From positions 1,792,001 to 1,856,000 of the forward strand of contig OZ241744.1 of assembly GCA_965200965.1 (NCBI GenBank): a stretch of DNA of 64,000 nt, given 5' to 3'. The notes under the pieces were generated by a model, which did no database searches, had not been told where the DNA came from, and was given only the letters and a program-made list of their open reading frames with translations. This document shows, piece by piece, positions 1-10,035 of the stretch. The position numbers and the translations under genes were made by a program. Origin of the DNA: an uncultured Candidatus Binatia bacterium (lineage in GTDB: Bacteria > Desulfobacterota > Binatia > Bin18). Position 1 is the stretch's first letter. Each line of letters begins with the position of its first letter.

Positions 1-1326
1 GGCGGCCGGCACAATGGCTGACTCGAGTTCGTGGCCCAGCAGCAATTGCTGGAGCTGGGTGGCCTGGACCCGGCTCGATACGGTCAGGAACACCCCGGTG
101 CGCTCCTCTTGCCACTGCCGCAGCCGATCAACAAGGGCCGCCAGGCCGCCGGTGCCGCTTTTGGGCAGGGCACTCCGCAGCAGCGAAGAACTGACCGTGT
201 GGTCAGCCTCGACATGTTCAAGACCGAGCAGCTCACACACCGGGCCGGTGAGGTACCGGCGCAGGTCTTCGGGCCGCACATAGAGTTGTTCGGGTTGAGC
301 GGCAAAATGGCCGTGCATAGAGGCAGCCTCGGCCTGCTGGGTGAGGGCCTCCCAGCTCTGTTCCAGACTGGCCTGGGTAGCCAGCGGATCGACCAGCCAG
401 ACCAGCGTATGGGGCGGGAGGTAGTCCCACAGGCTCTCCAGGGCCGGATAGAGCCACGGCAAAAAGGCTTCGACGCCGGGGAACAACAGACCGCTTTTCA
501 CATTGTCGGTCAGGCGTTGCTGTTCCCGATGGGGCATCTCACTGGCTGCCAGGGCAGCTTCAATTGAGCGGGTGGCGGCCTGCAAGCAGGCTACCGAAAA
601 AAAACGCATCGGCAGCAGCATGGCTTCGTCAAGCGGGGCGCGGGAACGCTGCGAGGACGGGTCAAAGGTCCGCAAGGACTCTACCACATCGCCAAAGAAC
701 TCGGCCCGGATGGGCGCGTCGGACAGCGGCGGAAACACGTCAAGCAGGCCGCCGCGGACACTCAACTCGCCCTTTTCCTCAACCACTGGAACCCGTCGAT
801 AGCCCCACTGGAGCAGGCCGTCGGCGACCTCGGTCAAGGCCAGATCCTGGCCGCGGGCAATGCGCCGGGTGGCAAGCATGAACTCTTCCTGGGGCATGAC
901 CCGCTGGCTGAGTGCCGGGGCGCTGGTGACGATCACCGGGGCGCTGAGCGACAGCAGATAATAGAGGCCCTCAAGCTGAGCCGCCACCGCGTCGCTGCTG
1001 GGCGACAGCCCCTCAAAGGCTGGCACGTCCCAGGCCGGGTAGAAGTGGAGGCGGCGGGCGGCGGTACCGTCCGGCCCGGGCTGGCCGGCGAGAAACAGGC
1101 GCAGGTCCTCGGCAAAGGCTTCTGCCGCCCGGTCGGATTCGAGCACGCACAGGGTTGGGCGTGGCTGTTGGAGACAGCCGGCCACAAAGAAGGCCCGCGC
1201 CGCGCCTTTGAGCCCAGCGACGCGCAGCCGCTCTCCGGGCCTGAGCGTCGGCACAGCGGCCAGTACCTCGGCCTGCGTGTCAGACACCGGATGCAGGTGA
1301 GCGGCAACGGGCGGGTCAGCAGCCAT
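1..1326 (-). CDS. mfd: Transcription-repair coupling factor, N-terminal part (runs off the window edge; absent from the ORF track)
   Basis: Manual translation from ATG at 1326 is open to position 1: ...FYPAWDVPAFEGLSPS... and ...GYRRVPVVEEKGELSVRGGLLDVFPPLSDAPIRAEFFGDVVESLRTFDPSSQRS, the UvrB-homology region typical of Mfd. Confidence 0.9.
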   Translation of the reverse strand, partial: MAADPPVAAHLHPVSDTQAEVLAAVPTLRPGERLRVAGLKGAARAFFVAGCLQQPRPTLCVLESDRAAEAFAEDLRLFLAGQPGPDGTAARRLHFYPAWDVPAFEGLSPSSDAVAAQLEGLYYLLSLSAPVIVTSAPALSQRVMPQEEFMLATRRIARGQDLALTEVADGLLQWGYRRVPVVEEKGELSVRGGLLDVFPPLSDAPIRAEFFGDVVESLRTFDPSSQRSRAPLDEAMLLPMRFFSVACLQAATRSIEAALAASEMPHREQQRLTDNVKSGLLFPGVEAFLPWLYPALESLWDYLPPHTLVWLVDPLATQASLEQSWEALTQQAEAASMHGHFAAQPEQLYVRPEDLRRYLTGPVCELLGLEHVEADHTVSSSLLRSALPKSGTGGLAALVDRLRQWQEERTGVFLTVSSRVQATQLQQLLLGHELESAIVPAA

Positions 1327-1342
1327 GTTTTGTCGAGTCGGC

Positions 1343-2446
1343 TCAGCGCGGGGCCCGGGACGGCTCAGCCACCCGCCCATACAGCGGGATGCTGAGCGTT
1401 TTTTCGAGCGGGTGATCGGTAAAAACCTGCACTTCGCCCTGGATGCGGCCCGGCTGACTATCTGCCGCAACCTTCATCACCAGCGTGTATTCGGCCCCCT
1501 CGGTGACCGTTGCCAGCCGGGCCGCCACCCGCCCGGCCGTGCTTGTGACCCGGTTGATGCGCACCGGCATCTTGGACCGATTGGTGATGGTGACCCTGCG
1601 GGTTGTGTCCGCGCCCGGCGGCACCACGCCAAAGGTGACCTGGGGCGGCCGGACGACGAGTTCGCCCTCAACGCTGCCAAAGACCGGGATGAGCACCGAC
1701 GGACGCTTTGGGCTGGTCGTGGTCACGGTAATCTGGTCGTTCAGACGGCCTAGCGGGGCGTCTTCGGCCACGGTCACAATCAGGGTTTTGCCCCGCTGGC
1801 CGTCTCGTTGGAGCGGCTCGGTCCGCACACGAACCGAAGGGTGGGTGTTCCTTACCTGGGTGATCTCAACATCGGCGCTGGATATGACCTCAACCCGGCG
1901 GCTGACCGCCTTGCCGTAGGCCAGCCGGCCGATGTACAACTGGGACGGATCGGCCGCCACCTCAACCCGGATCTCACCCTGTAGGGTCAGGGTTGCAGCC
2001 GCCTGCCCGGGGTCGTTGGTATGCACGACAACGGTCTTCTTTTTTTCACCCAGAAATTGGCCGGTATCAAAGGTCGCGCTGATCGTGCCCTGCCCGCCGG
2101 GCGGGATGAGGTTGTCTGAGAGAACGGCGGCGGTGCAGCCGCACGAAGCCTTGATTGACTCGATCCGCAGGTCTCTTCCCCCCCGATTGTGAAAGCGGAA
2201 CAGGTGGGTCACCTTTTCGCCCTGCTCAACTGTGCCAAAATCATACACCGGCTGGTCAAACACCACCCGCGGCGCAACACCACTGTCGTCCGCGGTGTCC
2301 GGCTCGACCGCCGGTGGAGCCGGCTGGGCCAACGCGGTGGGGGTCAGCGTCCGATTTTGGGCCTGAACCAAACCGGCCCACAGGACGACCGCCAGCGTTG
2401 TCAGCCAGCGCCGCGCAGCAGGAGCCGCTGTCCACCCGTCAGCCAT
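1343..2446 (-). CDS. Secreted DUF1573-domain (Ig-like repeat) protein
   Basis: Signal peptide, then 'YDFGTV..GEKVTHLFRFHNRG...L.I..IKASCGCT' and 'IPPGGQGTI' motifs of DUF1573, followed by further Ig-like repeats. Confidence 0.8.
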   Translation of the reverse strand: MADGWTAAPAARRWLTTLAVVLWAGLVQAQNRTLTPTALAQPAPPAVEPDTADDSGVAPRVVFDQPVYDFGTVEQGEKVTHLFRFHNRGGRDLRIESIKASCGCTAAVLSDNLIPPGGQGTISATFDTGQFLGEKKKTVVVHTNDPGQAAATLTLQGEIRVEVAADPSQLYIGRLAYGKAVSRRVEVISSADVEITQVRNTHPSVRVRTEPLQRDGQRGKTLIVTVAEDAPLGRLNDQITVTTTSPKRPSVLIPVFGSVEGELVVRPPQVTFGVVPPGADTTRRVTITNRSKMPVRINRVTSTAGRVAARLATVTEGAEYTLVMKVAADSQPGRIQGEVQVFTDHPLEKTLSIPLYGRVAEPSRAPR

Positions 2447-2464
2447 AGTGCGCTCCTCCCTGTG

Positions 2465-3880
2465 CTAGGCAACCTGCCGAATCCGCGTCAGGTCTTGAGC
2501 CGCGTCGTGCTGAGCGCTCAGGAACTCTTCCAGATACCTGGTATGAATGTTGCCCGCCAGAAAATCAGAGTCCTGCAAGATGCGCTGATGAAAAGGGATA
2601 TTGGTCTGAACGCCGCCGAGCTGGTACTCGGCCAGCGCCGTCCGCATACGCCGGATGGCCTCCTCGCGGCTGGCCCCGCTGGCGATCACCTTGGCCACCA
2701 GGGAATCGTAGTACATCGGCACTAGCGAGCGATCGGTCACCCCCGATTCAACCCGAATACCGATTCCACCCGGGGCGGCATAGCCACGGATTTTGCCCGG
2801 GGAAGGCAGCATGGTGCGGGGATCTTCGGCCACGATCCGGCACTCAATGGCGTGCCCACGGGCAGTGATCTCTCGCTGTTTCCAGGCCAGCGGCTCGCCC
2901 GCGGCCGAGCGAATCCCGGCCTGGACAATGTCGATGCCGGTGACCATCTCGGTCACCGGATGCTCAACCTGGACCCGGGTATTCATCTCAATAAAATAGA
3001 ATCGCCCCTTGGGATCGACCAAAAACTCAATTGTCCCGACATTGGTGTAGCCAACGGCCCGGGCCGCCTTGACCGCGGCGGCCCCCATCCTGTCCCGCTG
3101 TCTTTTGGTCAGGACCGGCGACGGTGCCTCTTCGATCAACTTCTGATAGCGACGCTGGATCGAGCACTCGCGTTCGCCCAAATGGATGACGTTGCGGTGC
3201 TGGTCTCCCACAATCTGGAACTCGATATGCCGCGCGTTGTCCAAATACTTCTCCACATACAGACTGCCGTTGCCAAACGCCTTCTCGCCCTCGTCGCGGG
3301 CAACCGCAAACAGGGCGGCCAACTCACCCGGATCATGTGCAATGCGCAAGCCGCGCCCCCCACCGCCGGCCGCGGCTTTGAGCAGGACCGGAAAACCGAT
3401 CTGGGCGGCAACCGCCTGGAGTTCGCGGACATCCGAGACGGCCGCGGTCGTACCGGGCAGGACCGAGACCTTGGCCTTTTCCATGATCCGGCGCGCGCGC
3501 GGTTTATCGCCCATGAGTTTGATGTTGCGCACCCGGGGCCCGATAAACACCAGCCCAGAGCGTTGGCAGGCTTCGGCAAAGTCTGCATTCTCCGACAGAA
3601 ATCCATAGCCCGGATGGACCGCATCGGCACCAAAAGACAGCGCTGCGCTGACAATCGTCGGGATATTCAGATAACTGCCGGCCGGCTCGGGCGGCCCGAT
3701 ACAGACACTCTCATCGGCCAGACGAACATGCAAGGCGTCTTTGTCGGCCGTTGAATACACAGCAACGGTCGCAATATCGAGCGAGCGACAGGCCCGGATA
3801 ATCCGAACCGCAATCTCGCCTCTGTTGGCAATCAGGACTCGCCTGAACACACGCTCTCCATTTCGAGCTCGGACCACCAT
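2465..3880 (-). CDS. accC: Acetyl-CoA carboxylase, biotin carboxylase subunit
   Basis: LIANRGEIA, HPGYGFLSENADF, GGGGRG, ERECSIQRR, EMNTRVQVEHPVTE motifs; adjacent to accB. Confidence 0.96.
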   Translation of the reverse strand: MVVRARNGERVFRRVLIANRGEIAVRIIRACRSLDIATVAVYSTADKDALHVRLADESVCIGPPEPAGSYLNIPTIVSAALSFGADAVHPGYGFLSENADFAEACQRSGLVFIGPRVRNIKLMGDKPRARRIMEKAKVSVLPGTTAAVSDVRELQAVAAQIGFPVLLKAAAGGGGRGLRIAHDPGELAALFAVARDEGEKAFGNGSLYVEKYLDNARHIEFQIVGDQHRNVIHLGERECSIQRRYQKLIEEAPSPVLTKRQRDRMGAAAVKAARAVGYTNVGTIEFLVDPKGRFYFIEMNTRVQVEHPVTEMVTGIDIVQAGIRSAAGEPLAWKQREITARGHAIECRIVAEDPRTMLPSPGKIRGYAAPGGIGIRVESGVTDRSLVPMYYDSLVAKVIASGASREEAIRRMRTALAEYQLGGVQTNIPFHQRILQDSDFLAGNIHTRYLEEFLSAQHDAAQDLTRIRQVA

Positions 3881-3884
3881 ATGT

Positions 3885-4334
3885 TCAGACCGGCTCTAAG
3901 ACAAACAGCGGCTGCTCATATTCGACCGGTTCGGCATTTTCGACCAAAATCCTGGTCACCCGACCGCGCTGTTCGGCCTGAATCTCGTTCATCATTTTCA
4001 TGGCTTCGATGATGCACACCACCACGCCCTTTTCCACGACGGTTCCAATCTCAACATAGGGCTCGGCATCGGGGTTCGGAGCGCGATAGAAGGTCCCGAC
4101 CATCGGCGAATGAATGGCCAAGCCCGGATCGAATGGTTCCGGGGTGGCAGCCTTGGACGGCTGGGTGGCGACCGAAGCCGCGGTCGGCGGCGGGACCACA
4201 GGCTCGGCCTCGCGGGCCGAGCGGGCAATCCCCCGGACGAGGCGGACCTCGCCCAGCCGGTTTTTGAGTTCCAACTCGGCCAAGCCCTTTTCTTCCATCA
4301 GCTCAATGAGCTTTCTGATATCGTCAAGTTCCAT
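3885..4334 (-). CDS. accB: Biotin carboxyl carrier protein
   Basis: [11 protein letters not shown] and the EAMKMMNEI biotinylation motif. Confidence 0.96.
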   Translation of the reverse strand: MELDDIRKLIELMEEKGLAELELKNRLGEVRLVRGIARSAREAEPVVPPPTAASVATQPSKAATPEPFDPGLAIHSPMVGTFYRAPNPDAEPYVEIGTVVEKGVVVCIIEAMKMMNEIQAEQRGRVTRILVENAEPVEYEQPLFVLEPV

Positions 4335-4782
4335 TGTGCAGTAGTGTGGCCACCGCTCGCAGCCCTAACAGATAGCTCTGGGCTCCAAAGCCACAGACCT
4401 GGCCAACGGCGACCCGGGCGAGGTACGAGTGGTGACGAAATTCCTCGCGCTTGTAGAGGCTCGACAGGTGAACCTCAACGACCGGCAAGCCGACCGCCAG
4501 CAGCGCATCCAGGATGGCCACGCTGGTATGTGTATACGCCCCGCCATTGATGATAATCGCCGCGTACTGCTCGCGCGCGGCCTGAATGCGATCAACCAGG
4601 GCACCTTCATGGTTGGACTGAAAGGACTCGACCTCAAGCCCCAACTCGCGGCTCAACTCAAGCAGACTGGCGTTGATGTCGGCAAGTGTCGTAGAGCCAT
4701 AGATTTCGGGTTCGCGCTGTCCGAGCAGGTTGAGATTCGGGCCGTGGAGCACAAGCACCCGTGCAGATTGGCCTTTTTCCAT
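4324..4782 (-). CDS. aroQ: Type II 3-dehydroquinate dehydratase
   Basis: [36 protein letters not shown] motifs; conserved aroQ-accB-accC order. Confidence 0.95.
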   Translation of the reverse strand: MEKGQSARVLVLHGPNLNLLGQREPEIYGSTTLADINASLLELSRELGLEVESFQSNHEGALVDRIQAAREQYAAIIINGGAYTHTSVAILDALLAVGLPVVEVHLSSLYKREEFRHHSYLARVAVGQVCGFGAQSYLLGLRAVATLLHNGT

Positions 4783-4917
4783 GACTCCGCCCCCCTCCCG
4801 TTCCAGCCGGGAGTGTAAGAGGAAAAGGCGGGAACGTCAAGGCGTGCTGGCCGCGTCTGGCTTGACCCACAGCGGGCCGAAGGGCTAGGCTCGGCTCAGC
4901 CTGAGGAGGGAGCAACC

Positions 4918-5391
4918 ATGCAGATCGAAGAACTCGCCCAACGTATCCAGACCCTGGAAGACATTGAAGCCATCAAGCAGCTCAAAGCCCGCTACTGCGC
5001 GGGTGCTGATGAACGCGACGAAGCGGCGTTTGTCGGCTGCTTTACTGAGGACGCCAGTTGGGACGGCGGCAGTTTTGGCCACTATGAGGGCCGCGAGGCG
5101 ATTCGGACCTTTTTCCGCGCCATTCCCAAAAGCCTGTCGTTTGCCGTCCACTATGTGATGAACCCCCAGATTGAGGTCAAGGGCGACCGGGCCAGCGGAC
5201 GCTGGTACCTGCTGGAGCCGTGTACCATGCTGTCCGAGGGCGGGCCGCAGGCGGTCTGGGGTTCGGCCCGCTACGAAGAGGAGTACGCGCGGCAGCACGG
5301 CGAGTGGAAAATCCACCGGCTGCGCCTGATCCCGAACTTCTGGACGCCGTTTGATCAGGGTTGGGTCAAGCAACGGTTTTGGGGAGAATAA
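4918..5391 (+). CDS. SnoaL-like / NTF2-fold protein
   Basis: LEDIEAIKQLKARY...FTEDA.WD...GREAI...H...NP.I.V.GD.A.G.WY pattern; GGAG RBS upstream. Confidence 0.85.
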   Translation: MQIEELAQRIQTLEDIEAIKQLKARYCAGADERDEAAFVGCFTEDASWDGGSFGHYEGREAIRTFFRAIPKSLSFAVHYVMNPQIEVKGDRASGRWYLLEPCTMLSEGGPQAVWGSARYEEEYARQHGEWKIHRLRLIPNFWTPFDQGWVKQRFWGE

Positions 5392-5509
5392 TACGCCGTG
5401 CCTCGACTGGCACGAGTTGAACAGCCAGAGCAGACCACGCCGGTCGTGCTTGCATTCAGACCCACGCCTGAGGCGAGGGAGCCGTGGGATTGCCGCTTGT
5501 CCCGTGGAC

Positions 5510-6769
5510 TTACTTGCCCTGCAACATCAGCGTCATCACGCTGAACTGATTGGGGCTCAGCGGCCGGTTGAAGAGAATTTTGTAGACCTCAAACGTATTG
5601 GCCCGCTGCAACTGATAGTCAACCGACCCCTGGGCGGCGATCTGGGCAAACCACTCCTTATTATCCCAGGGGTCATACTCGGGGTGGCGACCCACCACGA
5701 AGAATGTCCGCTTGTGCTTGCCCTCGTGACCGTAGGTCAGGGCGTACAACGGGAGGGCGGTTTGCACATCCATGTACAGCACCCGGCGGCTGTACAGCGG
5801 ATGGGAGATTTTGGGCGTGCCCTCGACAACGACCGCCAGGCGCAGCTCCCACGGATTGACCATGTACCAGTTGGCCTTGCCGCCCCAGGTCGGCCGGTCG
5901 GCCTTGATCGGGCCGGGGGTCAGCACAACTTTTTCTTCAACAAAGGTCCACTCGTAGTCGGCGATATAGCCCAGAAAACCGGACCGGTCCTCAATCAGCA
6001 AAACGCCCCGCTCGGGCGAGACATACGGATTATACACGACCTTGCGCGTCCGCCGACTCTTGGGGTCATAGGCCCACTGGTCCTGGGGCCGGGCGTCGTT
6101 GTCGTAGGTGACGCCGACGAGCTGGTTGCCCTCCACGTCAGAGGGGGCGACCATCAGCGAGTAGCGTTTGGTGAACACCCCCTGACGCTGCCACTGGGCC
6201 ACGTTGCGGGCCGGGTCGGGCCGGTGCATGCCGTACAGCGACAGAAAGGCAAACCGCGTGCTGCGCTCAACCGTGCCGGCGGTGTTCAGCAGGGAATTGA
6301 TGGCCCACATCTGGCTGGTGTCGCCCTGGTCACGGTAGCGCAGATTCCAGGCCGCCTTGAGCCCGGCCTGGGGGTCGTCGGCCTCCAGCAGGGGAAAGGG
6401 CTGGCCGGCCACATAGTTCTGGAGGATGTCTTCGGCGGCGATCACCCCTTCGGCGTGTTGCAGGGTGGCGTCAAGAAACGCTTGGCGAGTCGGCAGATTG
6501 GTCGTCTCCTGGACCACGACCGAGAAGTCGCCGGCGGCAATATAGTTCAGGATCTCGAGCGGCAGGACCGCGGCCGCGGCGCTGGCGTTGGTGCTGTCCA
6601 GGGTCATGCCGGGGCGGACACCGGCGACCTGCGGTGTGCCGGCCTCATACGGGAAAAAACGCTGCATGACGCGCTCACGGAAAGACTGCGCCTGGGCCGG
6701 CGTGGCGCTCAGCAAACCGAGGGCGAGCAGGGGAGCGGCGAGCAGCATCCGGGAAAGAGCACATCGCAC
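5510..6769 (-). CDS. DUF1329 family secreted/periplasmic protein
   Basis: Signal peptide; G.PFP...DPQAGLKAAWN; D.WAYDP..RRTR; HPLYSRRVLYMD motifs. Confidence 0.8.
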   Translation of the reverse strand: MRCALSRMLLAAPLLALGLLSATPAQAQSFRERVMQRFFPYEAGTPQVAGVRPGMTLDSTNASAAAAVLPLEILNYIAAGDFSVVVQETTNLPTRQAFLDATLQHAEGVIAAEDILQNYVAGQPFPLLEADDPQAGLKAAWNLRYRDQGDTSQMWAINSLLNTAGTVERSTRFAFLSLYGMHRPDPARNVAQWQRQGVFTKRYSLMVAPSDVEGNQLVGVTYDNDARPQDQWAYDPKSRRTRKVVYNPYVSPERGVLLIEDRSGFLGYIADYEWTFVEEKVVLTPGPIKADRPTWGGKANWYMVNPWELRLAVVVEGTPKISHPLYSRRVLYMDVQTALPLYALTYGHEGKHKRTFFVVGRHPEYDPWDNKEWFAQIAAQGSVDYQLQRANTFEVYKILFNRPLSPNQFSVMTLMLQGK

Positions 6770-6780
6770 CGCTGTCCCCC

Positions 6781-8085
6781 TTAGCGTCGGCCGCTGACCA
6801 TGTTGCGCAGCGAGTAGAACTGTTTGGCCCGGCCCGGCGAGAAGGTCCTTCGCATCACATAGCAGTGGGAGTAGGTCGCGTGGGGCTTTTTGGCGTTGAT
6901 GTCGGTCTCACCGACATGAATGAAAACGTAATGGCCGAGATTGTTGGAAAAGTCCTGCTTGAGATAGGGTGCCTGGGCAGCCGGCTCATCGGCATAGCTC
7001 TCCGAGTACTTCAGAAAGTGCTGGTTCATCCGCAGCAGCTTGTCGTCCCGCCGGTCAAAGGCAAACATCCAGTGGGTCCAGTAGGTCTCGGCGTCAATAA
7101 AGACAATTTTGTGGCTGTAGGGGTGGGACTCGCTTTTGGGATCTATCAGCAGTACATGGCTGTCGCGCAACTCCCAGCGGGCATTGTTCGGCACCCACAG
7201 GTGGGGGCCACCGGCCTCCGGGTTGGTCTCGACATTGGTGGTCGCCAGGATCTTCTTGCGACCCAGATAGGTCCAGTTCTGTTCATGGACCTTGCCGCCA
7301 AAGCCCATCTGGTCTTCTCTGGTAAAGTCCATGCCCATGAGTTCGCTCGTCCGCTCTGAGGCCAGGGTACGCCGCGGTTTGCGCTGGGAGGGCAGATACA
7401 TCCAGCCGCTGTCTTCCTTGTAGTGATCGACATAGGTGATCGACAGGTTCTTGGCTCCGGCCATATCGCGGGGAGAGCGGAACTCCATCAGGGACTTGGT
7501 CCGGACCTCTTCATAGCCGGGTACCAGGCAGTTTGCTCCGAGCGCATATTGGGCGTTGATTGAGGTGAACTCAAACTCTCGGTCAAGCTGACCATGTTCA
7601 CTGCGCGACCAAGCCACCATTGGCATCACATAATCGTCGGTCCCGGGCCGCCACAGCATATTCCAGATGACCTTGACGGCGATCTGCGGGTCGTCGGGGG
7701 CGATGGTCGGAAACGGAAAGCCGCCGCCCTTGAAATCGACCAGCACGCCCTCGTCATCCAGATAGTAGCCAGTCGGGACATTCTTGCCCCACTCAGGCGG
7801 GGGTGGATAGTCGCCGGTCTCGGCAATGGCCATCTGCATATCGTCAAAGAAATAGTACTCCCAGGCCGACTGGGGAATGAAGGGCTCAAGGGCTTGGCGG
7901 TCTTGTACGCCCAGGGTCTGTCCAGGCTCAAACATCGGCGGGGCTTCCCGGTGCTGTTCAACCCACTTCACCAAGGCTTGATAGCTCTGATCCTCCGCGG
8001 CCCAGGCCGGAGATGAGGCCCCGAGTATGAGGGCGGCAAAAATCCACATCAGGTGGCTGAAGGGTGGGTGGTGTCCTGTACGCAT
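6781..8085 (-). CDS. DUF1329 family secreted/periplasmic protein (second paralogue)
   Basis: Signal peptide; GFPFP..DDPQ...VIWN; WMYLPSQRKPRR; WELR; HPYSHKIVFIDAE motifs. Confidence 0.8.
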   Translation of the reverse strand: MRTGHHPPFSHLMWIFAALILGASSPAWAAEDQSYQALVKWVEQHREAPPMFEPGQTLGVQDRQALEPFIPQSAWEYYFFDDMQMAIAETGDYPPPPEWGKNVPTGYYLDDEGVLVDFKGGGFPFPTIAPDDPQIAVKVIWNMLWRPGTDDYVMPMVAWSRSEHGQLDREFEFTSINAQYALGANCLVPGYEEVRTKSLMEFRSPRDMAGAKNLSITYVDHYKEDSGWMYLPSQRKPRRTLASERTSELMGMDFTREDQMGFGGKVHEQNWTYLGRKKILATTNVETNPEAGGPHLWVPNNARWELRDSHVLLIDPKSESHPYSHKIVFIDAETYWTHWMFAFDRRDDKLLRMNQHFLKYSESYADEPAAQAPYLKQDFSNNLGHYVFIHVGETDINAKKPHATYSHCYVMRRTFSPGRAKQFYSLRNMVSGRR

Positions 8086-8164
8086 ATCTTCCTCCTTGGA
8101 AAGGCTGCTGTCGGGCGGATATCAGCGGCAGGGTAGCAAACCGGACGCGGAAAGTATAGCCGGT

Positions 8165-9952
8165 TCACAACCCCAGGGCGTGGAGCTTGTGGCCCGGGAT
8201 TGTCCCGTCCGGCCGCCAGCCGCGAGCCTGATAATAGCTCTGGATCATGCGCCGCAACTCATCCGGGGTGAGGCCGACGCCGGCGACCGGCCCGCCCGGC
8301 AGGGTCTCGTTCAGCAGCCGGGGCGGCAGCCAGTCGTCCTGGGGCTGCCAGCCCTCGCGGATGTTGAAGCGCTTTTTGAGGCTGGTGATACGCTCGCCGA
8401 CCTGGCACAGCTCGTGGGCCGACACCGGCCAGCCGGTGACACACTCCAGCAGCCGGGCCGTCTCGGGGTAGAAGTCGTCAAAGCATTTGCGCAGAAACTT
8501 GCACACGATCAGCGAGTCCAGGACCGCGGCAAAATCCTCGGAGGCGGCCACGAACTGACCCCGGCTGTCATCGACCCGCAGGCGGTCAACCTGACCGGAA
8601 AAATCGGCCTCATAGGCCCCAGACCGGTTATGGCAGGCCCCGCGCGGGCTGACCGCCAGCCCCAGGGCCATGGTCTTGAGGCTGCGCGGCTCATAGCCGG
8701 GCAACTCCATGCCCTTGACCTGCACGGTCAAGCGCTCGGCCTCCGGCCCCAGCCGGCCCGCGGCCCGCTTGGATCCCTCGGCCAGCAGCACGCCCTGGTC
8801 ACGGCGCTCGCCAATAGCCGCAATTGTCGCCAACAGGGCCCCGGTCCGGCCAAAGCCCAGCCCTGCGTCCTGGGGAAACAGGCCCTTTTCGGCGCATTCC
8901 ATAGCCCAGGCGATGGTGCCGCCGGTGCTGATCGTGTCCAGACCGTAGTGGTCGCACAGGCCAGCCGCTTGCAGCACAACCTCGGGGTCCGCAATCCCGC
9001 ACAGCGGGCCTAGCGCAAACAAGGTTTCATACTCAAGCCGCTGCTCTGCGCCGCTCCTGGCCTTGAACAGGCGCTCGCAGCGAATCGTACACGACGCGCA
9101 GCCATGGGCGCGGCTGAAATTGGTGTCCAGCAGGGCCTCACCGCTCAGGGCTTCTGCCCCGGCAAAGCTGGACTGCTGAAAATTGCGGGTCGGCAGGCTG
9201 CCCAGGCGGTTGAATACCGACAGGTTGGCCACCGTGCCAAGCTCCCGGTATTTGGCGGTCAGCGGGCCGCGGCTGCGCCGGCGCAAGGCCGCGGCCAGCG
9301 CCTCAACGCCGGCCGGGTCCGCCACCGCAGTCTTATGCTGGCCACGCAGAGCAATCGCCTTGAGGTTTTTTGCCCCCATCACCGCCCCCACCCCACCCCG
9401 GCCGGCATGACGGCCCTCGTTGCTGATGGTGGCAAAACGGACACGGTTTTCCCCCGCCGGGCCGATTGCCGCAATACGCGCCTCGGCGGTGTTGAGAGCC
9501 GCCCGCAGCGCGGTCTCGGTCTCCCTGGCGCTCTTGCCCCACAACCCCGCGGCTTCACGGAGTTCGACCTGTTTGTCGGAAATCCAGACCCAGACCGGTT
9601 CCCTGGCCCGACCGCTGATGAGCAGCGCGTCAACGCCGAGGCGTTTGAGTTCCAGGGCGAAGAAACTTGAGGACAGTGAATCGGCGATACAGCCGGTCAG
9701 CGGCGATTTGGTCACCACCGCCAGCTTGGCCGTGGTGGTCAGCCCGCTGCCAACGAGGGGCGCGCTGGCAAAGATCAGCGGATTGTCCGCGGCAAACGGC
9801 TCAACCCCGGCCGGCGCATAGTCGTACAGCAGGCTTGTGCCAAGCCCGACCCCGCCCAGAAAGGCACGCAGACGCGATTCTTCCAGGGAACGCCAGTTGG
9901 CACGCCGGCGCGACAGATCGATGTGCAGCAAGCGGCCGTGGAATCCGTACAC
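8165..9952 (-). CDS. Aldehyde:ferredoxin oxidoreductase family (W/Mo-pterin, 4Fe-4S)
   Basis: KSPLTG, IGPAGEN, AGRGGVGAVMGAKNLKAI, CASCTIRC, EYET, DHYGLD and GACH motifs; GTG start. Confidence 0.92.
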   Translation of the reverse strand: MYGFHGRLLHIDLSRRRANWRSLEESRLRAFLGGVGLGTSLLYDYAPAGVEPFAADNPLIFASAPLVGSGLTTTAKLAVVTKSPLTGCIADSLSSSFFALELKRLGVDALLISGRAREPVWVWISDKQVELREAAGLWGKSARETETALRAALNTAEARIAAIGPAGENRVRFATISNEGRHAGRGGVGAVMGAKNLKAIALRGQHKTAVADPAGVEALAAALRRRSRGPLTAKYRELGTVANLSVFNRLGSLPTRNFQQSSFAGAEALSGEALLDTNFSRAHGCASCTIRCERLFKARSGAEQRLEYETLFALGPLCGIADPEVVLQAAGLCDHYGLDTISTGGTIAWAMECAEKGLFPQDAGLGFGRTGALLATIAAIGERRDQGVLLAEGSKRAAGRLGPEAERLTVQVKGMELPGYEPRSLKTMALGLAVSPRGACHNRSGAYEADFSGQVDRLRVDDSRGQFVAASEDFAAVLDSLIVCKFLRKCFDDFYPETARLLECVTGWPVSAHELCQVGERITSLKKRFNIREGWQPQDDWLPPRLLNETLPGGPVAGVGLTPDELRRMIQSYYQARGWRPDGTIPGHKLHALGL

Positions 9953-10035
9953 ACCGCCCTTGTAGAAAATTGGCAGACAAAAAGAAACAATGGGGAAGGC
10001 GTCTTATTTTCGACCTGTGCCTTTCCGTCTCTTCT

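Noticed and set aside
266-281. 16-bp match (TCTTCGGGCCGCACAT) in mfd to the duplicated region at 41926-41941
   Set aside because: Both sites encode VRPE on the minus strand; a single copy with no insert is plausibly chance in GC-rich DNA.
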